This document shows positions 11,829 to 20,845 of a stretch of DNA of 34,956 nt, piece by piece (the stretch's first letter is position 1; each line of letters opens with the position of its first letter). The translations under genes and the position numbers were made by a program. This stretch comes from Folioceros fuciformis. Taxonomy: Eukaryota. The notes beneath the pieces are model-generated. The model was not told the DNA's origin. It saw only the letters and a program-made list of their open reading frames with translations, and searched no databases. The DNA lies in contig JBNGIO010003097.1 of assembly GCA_049999805.1 (NCBI GenBank), positions 1-34,956 of the forward strand, in the 5' to 3' direction.

Positions 11829-12063
11829 GGCTCGAATCCCTAGTGTTTCTCTTGTTGCTGGGGCGGCTGCAGAGAGGCGCTGTGAAGGCAGTGGTCCGTT
11901 CTCAGAGGCGCACTGGAATCCGCCGAGGCTTGCATCGTCAGAAGCTGACAGGTCAATCGGAGCTGCGTGAGCTGGTGTATTCGACGCGAGAGAGAAGACT
12001 GTGCCTGGGCGTACATCTACCTTGTTGTACCCGGTGGTTAATTGTTATATCCGTATATCCAAT

Positions 12064-12072
12064 GAGAGGGGG
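12064..12072 (+). promoter_or_regulatory. Polypurine tract of copia element 2
   Basis: GAGAGGGGG abutting the TG of the 3' LTR. Confidence 0.93.
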
Positions 12073-12285
12073 TGTTGATTATTTAATTAATACCTATAGA
12101 GCATTGTATATACCTAGGGCACCGTTCATAATCCTAGATGAATGTTAGTTGGTAGTTGTAATCGTTTTAATGTAGCCAGGACATATTGCTTGTTTCCCTC
12201 AACCTTTTTGACATATCTATATATACACATCTTTGCCCTTGGTGTCATGGGTTGCTCAATCTGCCATGAACCTATGAACGGAACA
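12073..12285 (+). repeat. 3' LTR of copia element 2
   Basis: 213 bp, TGTTGATT...GGAACA, followed by TSD TACAC. Confidence 0.97.
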
Positions 12286-12408
12286 TACACATTCGTGGAA
12301 TGAGGCCCCAACTCTAATGTTGAAGGGAATTGCGAATCCTAAGCAAGCCTGTGTGGACATTCGTGAAATGAGGCCCCAACTCTGAGATTGAAGGGAATTG
12401 CAAATCCT
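12286..12408. repeat. 68-bp tandem repeat interrupted by copia element 2
   Basis: ATTCGTGGAATGAGGCCCCAACTCT...GAAGGGAATTGCGAATCCT recurs at 12291 and 12359. The start of the first unit (AAGCAAGCCTATGTACAC) lies left of the 5' LTR at 5639-5656. Confidence 0.88.
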
Positions 12409-13000
12409 TTCTACATATTACACACATGCCTTTCATGCTATAAAACTATAAAATCCTTAGACAAGGATGAGCAATTACAAAAAAGGTTGTAGACTAATAC
12501 CCGTTCGTCCGCTGCACTTTCTAAGGTAGGTACAAAGGGCGCACCCTACCCTAAACTATCATCCTCCTATATGGTGAGAGAAAAATAAGTCTTCTCTATC
12601 GGGTGATGGTTGGATCGGGACGCCCTCAAAGCTGCCCACTATATGAGATATATAGCCCACTATATGAGATCGTATAGTATATACGGTGGTATCCCAATGG
12701 GTATTCCAGATCTCCACAATAGAAACCGCTAGACATTAATATTTGTATCTTTCTATTAATATTTTAAATAAATTATATAATATTTACCGTGGATAACGAC
12801 CAAGAAAAGTCGCAGTCCCCCCATCCCCGTCCCCGTTCCCTGCTCGGTCCGGGACCGAGCCTAACAAGGCAAGGCGGTCCCCAGGACTGAAAAAGCACTC
12901 GGTCAAAATGACACCCTGGGACTCCGGACCCGGGGTGACTTGGATCTGCTTTACGAAGCTTGCTACGCACGCTACCATGGAATGGCACCCTCACACCTAA

Positions 13001-13774
13001 ATGAAGGGTTATCTGCGTACGAAAGCTGAAAGTGTGAGTGACCTTGCCACTGAGATGGAGTATAGGTTGGAGGTGGAAAACTACCTGTCTCAGATGGAGA
13101 AGTGGCCGATGTCCGGGCGCCACATCCTGGCACACTTCGACGATGACACGGTAGTAGTGTACCAGGCATACAAGCCGGAGATTGGGCGATTTGCCCTGAA
13201 TCACGGTTTCCTGGGAGGGGATCACTTCAGCCTGACGAGGATGTCATGGGTGAAGACCAACTTCATGTGGATGATGCACCGCAGCGGCTGGGGGAGCAAG
13301 CCCGGGCAGGAGATGGTGCTGGCCATTCGGCTGCGTCGCTCCGCCTTCGACTGCATTCTGGCGCAGGCGGTGCCCTCCATGTTCCACCCGGCCGCGGGTT
13401 TCCGGGACCGAGAGGACTGGCGGGCGGCCGCTTCCTCCTCCCAGGTGCTGCTGCAGTGGGATCCCGACCATGATCCCATGGGCGCCAAGCTTCCCCGCCG
13501 CGCAATCCAGCTCGGACTGCGCGGTCAGCTTCTCCGCAGCTTTGCGTCCTCATGGATCGTCCACATCCAAGATGTCTCTGCCCTAGCTCGAGAACAGGCA
13601 CCCTTGGCCGCGGTCAGGGAGATGTGGTCCTCGCTCGTCACGCCTCGGGAGCAGGTGTATCCATTGCCTGATGTAGCCGTCTCCCTCTCCCTCGGCATCG
13701 CATCAGAGCAGGAGACTTCACCTGATCTACTGGAATCGGTCAGATCTCACTCCCAATCCAGTTCTCCGTCTTGA
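13001..13774 (+). CDS. DUF4291-family protein, intronless (alternative start 13055)
   Basis: Motifs GRHILAHFDDDTVVVYQAY, FSLTRMSWVKTNFMWMMHRSGWGSKPGQE and LQWDPDHDP...RRAIQLGLRG are recognisable as DUF4291; single uninterrupted ORF. Confidence 0.88.
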   Translation: MKGYLRTKAESVSDLATEMEYRLEVENYLSQMEKWPMSGRHILAHFDDDTVVVYQAYKPEIGRFALNHGFLGGDHFSLTRMSWVKTNFMWMMHRSGWGSKPGQEMVLAIRLRRSAFDCILAQAVPSMFHPAAGFRDREDWRAAASSSQVLLQWDPDHDPMGAKLPRRAIQLGLRGQLLRSFASSWIVHIQDVSALAREQAPLAAVREMWSSLVTPREQVYPLPDVAVSLSLGIASEQETSPDLLESVRSHSQSSSPS

Positions 13775-14114
13775 ACATCAGAATTTGCGTGTCCAACGAG
13801 TGCGAATCCTTCGTGACGATCCCCTTCTCTGGACTTCAGTGTCGGACTCTTTTCCTCCACATCAACAGAGGAGATGCAGATAGCAGGCATGCCTGAAACA
13901 CAAAAGACACATGCTGCAGTCTATTCCGCAGTGCCAATGAGCTGGAGTGAAGGTGTAAACCCCGAACCCTGGACTTCAGTGCCAAGAACTCCAACAGAAC
14001 GGATGCAGCCCGCCGCCATGCTCTAAAGGACGAGGCTCGTGACATGATTATTGCACAGACTAGACGGAGGCACAATGACAAATCCGCATGTAAACGAAAG
14101 CTCAGTTACAGAAT

Positions 14115-14232
14115 CGCGCTGGCGAGGAGGAACGAGCCGTAGGAATCACTTTGGCACTTAAGAGTGGGTGCTCACGCGCCGGCGAGGAGCAACGGGCCGA
14201 CGGAATCACTTTGGCACTTAAGAGTGGGTGCT
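14115..14232. repeat. 60-bp tandem duplication upstream of FKBP20-2
   Basis: Two copies sharing GGAATCACTTTGGCACTTAAGAGTGGGTGCT, period 60. Confidence 0.92.
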
Positions 14233-14294
14233 GAGAGCTATTCATTTTATCTGGGATCACAGCAAAAGCTAGTCCGTTCATTTCGTTCGAGAGA

Positions 14295-15065
14295 ATGGGC
14301 GTTCCTGTGCTGCTGCAGCAGCAGCTGGTTCTGCTGCAACCAAGGAATGTGAGGAATGCAGTGCCAGGGCGGGCTGAATGGAAGCGACACGAGGAGAGGC
14401 TCGCAGAGGCGAGCCGGGGAGGGAGGAGGATGGCACTGCTGCGACTAGGGCTGGGGCTGGGACTAGGCTTTGGGACGGGGATGCGGATGGCAGAGGCTGC
14501 AGGAGCAGAGGAGGAGCAGCAGCGGCGTCGGCCGAGGCCGGTGAGCAGCCCGTTCGACGAGGATCGACTACTCGAGCAAAACAGGAGGATGCAGAGGCTG
14601 AACAATGCGCCGGAGGGGTTTCCGGGTTTCATAAGAGAAGGCTTCGAGGTGAAAGTTGTGGTCACCTCGGAGTACGTGAGCACAGAGTCGGGGCTAATCT
14701 ACCTGGACATCCGGCCGGGGCAGGGGGATCCGCCGCAGAAGGGCCAGCAGGTGCTCTTCCACTACATAGGCTACAACGAGTCCGGCCGCAAGGTGGATAG
14801 CAGCTATCAGCAAGGCACGCCTGCGCGCACTCGTCTTGGGACCAACGGGATGATTCCAGGATTCGAAGAAGGCATCAGCAGCATGCGTGCAGGAGGCAAG
14901 CGCAGAATAGTGGTACCCCCAGAGCTCGGCCCGCCAGTGGGGCCTTCCACCTTCTTCAGCGCCAAGCAGTTCGAGGTGTTCGATGTTGAGCTCCTCAGTG
15001 TGCAGGACTGCACGCGGAGAACGGTCCTTGGCTTCTACTCTGACGTCGTCTGCTCGGATAAATGA
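14295..15065 (+). CDS. FKBP20-2: Thylakoid-lumen FKBP-type peptidyl-prolyl isomerase FKBP20-2, intronless
   Basis: Transit peptide plus twin-arginine signal (GRRMALL...AEA), SPFDEDRLLEQNRRMQ, FHYIGYNESGRKVDSSY, GPPVGPSTFFSAKQFEVFDVEL, and the C-terminal Cys pair CTRRTVLGFYSDVVC typical of FKBP20-2. Confidence 0.93.
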   Translation: MGVPVLLQQQLVLLQPRNVRNAVPGRAEWKRHEERLAEASRGGRRMALLRLGLGLGLGFGTGMRMAEAAGAEEEQQRRRPRPVSSPFDEDRLLEQNRRMQRLNNAPEGFPGFIREGFEVKVVVTSEYVSTESGLIYLDIRPGQGDPPQKGQQVLFHYIGYNESGRKVDSSYQQGTPARTRLGTNGMIPGFEEGISSMRAGGKRRIVVPPELGPPVGPSTFFSAKQFEVFDVELLSVQDCTRRTVLGFYSDVVCSDK

Positions 15066-15119
15066 GTACTTCATCATTTGCCAAGTGATTCAGTGCGATC
15101 TACCGGGCTGCACCTCTGC

Positions 15120-18100
15120 TCATGACAAGAATTCACGGACATACATGGGCCGCTTGATGGCACTTGTGAAGCCCTGCCACATCATCACGACACGGATGGT
15201 TGACCCCTGGAACACACATGTTTCCTCTGTTTTGGTGAGCAATGCGGGCACAACCTTACCTCTTGGTACTTGAAAACTATAGGCCGCGAGTCTCTCTGAG
15301 CCGTAGAAAGTTTGACAACGTTGGTCTTAGTAGGATCCTTGGGCTGAATCCTCCACCTGCGAACATGCATTCTCGGATGAAGATTTCGCTTACTCGCTTC
15401 GTGCACAATCCCACCTAAAATGTCAGTGCAGCTCACCTGTCAAATACACTCGTAGCATCCTGTGCAGGTCTCTTCCTTCCGTTCGTCTGTGAGGCTGGAG
15501 GATTTTTCACCTCTTGTTTTTTGGCTTTCTCCCTTGCTGATGTAGTATCTTGAGCTACTGGAGTCCCAAAAGAAGAGGCTTCTGGCCCTTGCTTGAGTAT
15601 GTCTGGCCTCTCTTGTTCTTCTGATGAAGAAACTCCGGCTCGTTGTCGGATTCTTTCCATGTTGGCCTGCGGCATGCTTCCATTTTCAGGGACAGTACAC
15701 CTGGACTGTATGACCAATACAACGAGTCTGTAAATTCTCGATTTTTTCTTTGCCGCTTGTCTAAACAAGCGATCCTACCTCATGGCTCAGCATTTGCCGC
15801 AGGGAATCTGAGAGTGGGCAGTATTGTGGTAAGTAGCCCTGCCAAACAGACAATACCAGTCCTTACGCTTCTGTCGATGAAAACAAAGCTGCTTCCAAGC
15901 GAAAGCTTAAATTATGGTCCAACCTGGAACGTGATCAGGGAGTTGATCGGGGGATGCATGTGGAACGCCACCCTCTCTGATCCTTTCCCGGAATTTGATT
16001 GTTTGTAAGTGATGCCATATCTAAGCATGGACCCAACGAGCCCTTTCACCTCGTCCTTCTCATCTTTTGTGAACATATGGTAGGACACCTGAGAAACCAA
16101 CCATGGGCCACAGCAGGGTCAGCCACAACCAAAAGAATCTGGAGGAAAACTCACAGGCAGCATGTGACCGACAGCCGACGGCCACATATGAAGGTTCAGA
16201 ATATAACTGTCCGTAGCCTCCTTGGAGACAAAGCAGCAAGGAGTGGAGATATCAGATCTTCGGTGAGAGTTCGAATGCTGTAAGTACGTCTTGCTGCAAC
16301 AGACATGCACAGAAGCCAATCCTGAAGCATCTCCCTTTTCAAGCCGACGCCACGCTTGAAGCTACATTACATGCGGAGCAGTTAGACAAACGACCCAGTG
16401 CAATTATCTTCTGAACGTCTGAAAGACGAAAGTTAAGAAGAGGAGACTGCCGAAGACTTCTTACCTTTGATACAACTTAGGCCAGACTATATGAGGCATC
16501 TCTGGCTGAGCAATCAGTCTCCGGACGGCCAGAAAATTTGACGGTTGGTACGCTACAAGAAAACCGCCAGCACAAGATGCTGAAAATAAAAAAAAAACTA
16601 GTCTTCGTGCACTGCAGTTGACGGGGTGAAGCCGGAACTGTGTGATCTCACCATGAAGGAAGAAGTGTTGCCGAGAAACAGCCCTGTGTTCCACAACATC
16701 AGAAGTCCCGAGGATATTTAAGCACTCAACCTGTAACCACCGCAGTCACACCAACGTGAAGAACAGGACAACTTTATGATACTGGTCTGATGATCAGGTC
16801 ATACAAACGAGCGTTGCCACCCGTATCATACCAGCTTCCTCATCGAGGTGTCATGAGACCGCATCTGCAGTAAGTTCTCAAATACACCCTCGAACCCTAG
16901 ATCGAAGTCACCACTGCACAGGTGAAACCACATGGTTCATCAAATCAGCCAAGTCTCGAAGCCACTAAATTTCACGGAATGACCGAGCAAAACAGACGAC
17001 TTACTGATTAGAGAAAATGTCATAAAGGCGTTGGAACTCCACCTTCTCTGTTCCACCACCACTCTTAGTGTTTGATGGACCCCAACTCCCTGCCCGAGAT
17101 CGTTTGGTACCGCTTTGAAACACCTGCAACCGTTACGAACCACCTGTTAGATGAAGTATCAACAAGACCACTACGAAGGTAGCAGAATCCTGTCTCACCC
17201 TAAAACCTGAGTGGATGGCAGAAGCAGACCTCTCTCCACATTTTGAAAATGTTATGGGTCATGTTTTTCCTCCCTGTCAACTGCGACGCCACATCAACCT
17301 TTGGAACCAACACATGGACTAAGTCAGACATGTCATGGCTCTCTCGACGAGTTCAAAAGCATCAAGATACTATGCAGATTTCAGTACCATGTTTAAAGGT
17401 TGCCCTTTTTGATGTAAGAACTGAAGGGTGTGCAGACATGAGCGAATGTCACACTCTGTCTCACACAAGAGCTACATTGTTTCAGGATGAAGGGACCTGA
17501 CACCAACACCAAAACATAAAAACATGTACTTCACAATGCTGGATGAGCAATTTGCCTGTGTGTTCGGCCAGAAGAGTGAGAGCGCGAGGATTTGTAGCGT
17601 ATCCCTCCTCGCTGCAAATCTGTTTAAGTCTGTCGGAATGCAACTAACATCAATTATCACTTCACTCCTTTTAGTGGTTGAGACTTGTTGGCTTGGGAGG
17701 GTCGACAACGAGGCTTACCTTGTCACAACTCGAGAAAGACCGGGCTGAATAAATCTTTCGATCCTACAATTGCACACAATGCAGTTGTGGTTATGGATCA
17801 TCAGAATAAAAGACAGCTGCCAAAGGACTAGACAGATACCCAAATACTGTGTCCAGTCGTCACCTAGCAACTTGGCGAATGTTTCGTAAAGCAGGAGCGT
17901 AGAGGTCGTTACAAATACATATAACCTGAAGAGGATTGCAAAGCGAGCCACGGCAACTGTGAGAACGGAGCATGGACCATGATGTCATTCTGCTGTGCTG
18001 ACAACGACGAGCTTGTGGTGCATTTTTTGACCAAGATCATGAGCACATATGTTGTATCCAAGTCATAAGATGCCGAGCAAGCCACAAGCCTATCTGGCTT

Positions 18101-20379
18101 AGAAACGAAGGAACCCTGCACATGTCTTACAGGTCTAGACAGCTTCAGGGCTGGAGCACCCTTTTTCCTCTCCTTTGGCTTTGTGGAGGCGGGTTTACTT
18201 TCATCAGTTGCATCTTCCTGTGACTTTGATTCTGCAGCAATCTGCAAACGTCGGCTGTCAATGAGATGCAAATCACAAACATCCAATTCCGTAGATCAGC
18301 TTGCTTTCAGGTACCAATGACGGGATCAAGGCTATAACTTTACATACCAAACTCAAAACTGAGTCAATTGCTGATTTCCCTTCTCGTCCTCCAAGAGATC
18401 CATCTATCTCGTCAATTACCTGCCCATCAAAGTCTCAACCAGGGCATTGAGCATTCAACCAGGGGATAAGGTGTTTTCCGCACAAACTTGAGTCGTTGAT
18501 GGCATGATTACCAAACAATTCGGTCTGCCATCTCCCAAGACACTTCTCATCTGCAAAGCGTCAAAAATTTTGGATTGGAGTGTAGCTCCAGCACGATCAT
18601 CGCTTGCATTTATCTGCACAGGGAATTTGTAAGGATCCAGTTTGTGCTTGAAGGTGAGAAGGACCTCAGCAAGAGCTGCCTTTCAGCGGATATGTGCAAT
18701 TCACTTGCAGCGTAAAGCTCGGTGGGTCAAAGAAACATTTATTAGATGTCGGGACATGTACCTCTACAACGCGATAGCCACAATGCTTGGCTGCAACGTG
18801 TGCTAGAGTTGTCTTTCCCAGCCCAGGAGGACCGCTCAAGAGCAGAATCTGAAAAGGCAGCACCGCTGTTCAGACTTTGAGATGAAGTGTTCTGGATAAG
18901 AGAAATAGCGGAAGTGCAAAGGCAAGCTCTTGCCTTTTCAAAGGCACTACTTTGAGGTTTTTGGTGCAAAGACTCCTGTCCAGGCGTCTTCCTTTCTCCA
19001 TGGTATGCTGCCTTATCTGCTTTGCCAAACTGTTGAAAACTTGATGTTCTCTTTGACATTCCATGGCCTCCTGTTAGTCTCTCTGGCTTCCACCTCTCCT
19101 GCTCCAGGCCTGAATGTTGGACGGATGCAACAGACCGTGCTTTCTTTCCAAACACGCAAGTATCCCACTGCTTTAACCACTGTAGCACCTGTAAAAGAGC
19201 TTGCATAGAATCTGTTCATTCAGGCCTGAGCAAATGAGAATGCACAAGCACAAGCCACTTCAAGCTCTAAGATCCCATGTTTGAGCCCCTGTACCCCGAC
19301 CAACTCAAACATTACATCGCCGGCTGATGGCATTTCAACTTCGAAAAGGAAGACCCACCTCACGATTAATCTGTTCGTCACTAAGGAGATCAGTAAACAT
19401 CTTGGGTGCATACTTGTCCACCCAAAGTTGATCCAGCTCCTTGCTGAGGCCCGTGTCATCTCGGACAGAAATCTCGCTTGCTTCAGCAGCAGTGACCACC
19501 TGCAACAGTTGCATACAATACATGTCACAGCAGAAAAGCTCCTGCTTTCCTGCAAACCTCATCAACCCATCTGACTGCTGCAACCACACTGTTCTCACCT
19601 GTAGGCTGCTCTCCTCCTCCAATCGAGCCAACAAGGTATGAATTGAAACTGAAAGAAGACCTGGTGGGCGGCATAGTACCTTCAGCCACATGAGCACAAG
19701 AGACAAAATCCGAGCTTGAAGCCCTCTCACTGATTCAACTGAGAGCTCAAGAGTTCCTACCCAGAGAGCCCTTGTTGCCGAATGTTGTTAAATTTGTGTC
19801 TGTAAAATCATCTCTGGTAATCGCAGCATACACTCGCTTCCCACATGGCCCTGTCACAGGCAGGAAGCCCCCCGCAATATCGGCTGCCCTTCGGTAGAGC
19901 TGATTGGGTTCAGTACGGCGCTGGAATTCTCGTCCCGGCTCGACCCTGAATTCGTTGTCCCTTGGAGGCTCATGCCTTGATGCAGTACGGTGCTGGATTT
20001 CAGAGAAAGGAGGAGGAGGTGGTAGAACCCATGTGAAATCTTCCTCAGGCCGGAAGCCCCCCGAAAAATCAGCTGCCCTGCGGTACAGCTGATTGGCTTG
20101 AGCATTGTGCTGGTACTCTCTTGTAGGATCGATCCTGACTACGTTCTCCCTTGGAAATTCATGCCTTGATGCATTTTGGTGTTGCATTTCGAAGAAAGCA
20201 GCTAGGGGTGGAACCCAACTTGTATCATCCTCGGGCAAGGCAATCGAAGGGCCACCCGACGTGGACGCGGCAGGCTGCTGCACGTTCTCCATGAGCATAT
20301 CCTCATCGTCATTGCCCAGCAGCTCGTCGTCTTGTTGCATCGCCAGCCACTCCAACTCCGCGGCATCTGGTTCCTCCAT
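15120..20379 (-). CDS. CTF18: Chromosome transmission fidelity protein 18 (RFC-like clamp loader large subunit), multi-exon
   Basis: Exons encode [23 protein letters not shown], Walker [31 protein letters not shown] and [14 protein letters not shown]-terminal [22 protein letters not shown] (last exon 15173-15120); first exon 20379-19761. Not all internal exon edges were resolved. Confidence 0.93.
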
Positions 20380-20580
20380 CGCAACTGCTTGGTGTACACA
20401 CTCACTTCCCGCGCTTTGCCCACCCGGCCTTCAGCAGGCTGGTTTCTCAAACTTCCTGTCGCTCTTTTTCAGGCTAATAAAATCCGAATTCGGACATTGC
20501 TTTACTTTTGAGAGCCGGATTCTTTCCGACGAGGCCTGAGAGACAGTTGTGCCAAACGAACGGCAAGAAATGTTTTTCCA

Positions 20581-20623
20581 CAACACTCTGTGACGCATCC
20601 ACAACACTAGGTGACGCATCCAC
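20581..20623. repeat. 21-bp tandem repeat containing TGACG in the CTF18 upstream region
   Basis: CAACACTCTGTGACGCATCCA followed by CAACACTAGGTGACGCATCCA. Confidence 0.85.
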
Positions 20624-20845
20624 TAAGAGGCCAACGGAATTCATCTTCAACGTACGTGTTCGTAGTTTTGGACGAGGAATTCACACACCGCTTCGAGAGA
20701 AAGAGATTAGTCTTGAGTGTGCTAGGACCCTAGCATGTCAGCCGCCGAGCAAAATTGTTCTCATCGTGATCAAACAGGATACCTTGTACATAGCTCCTGA
20801 TCTAACACCCAGCTACCTGATCTACCGCACAGAGCTACCTGAGAT

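Larger units (their letters stand above)
5657..12285 (+). mobile_element. Full-length Ty1/copia LTR retrotransposon 2 with extra ORFs
   Basis: Two 213-bp LTRs (TG...CA) with 8 substitutions by manual alignment; perfect 5-bp TSD TACAC (5652-5656, 12286-12290); PBS, PPT and gag-pol in copia order. Confidence 0.98.

Noticed and set aside
14102-15077. Overlapping ORFs on and opposite FKBP20-2 (likewise around DUF4291, RPL4 and PMI)
   Set aside because: Expected from high-GC coding sequence with few off-frame stops; no independent protein features.
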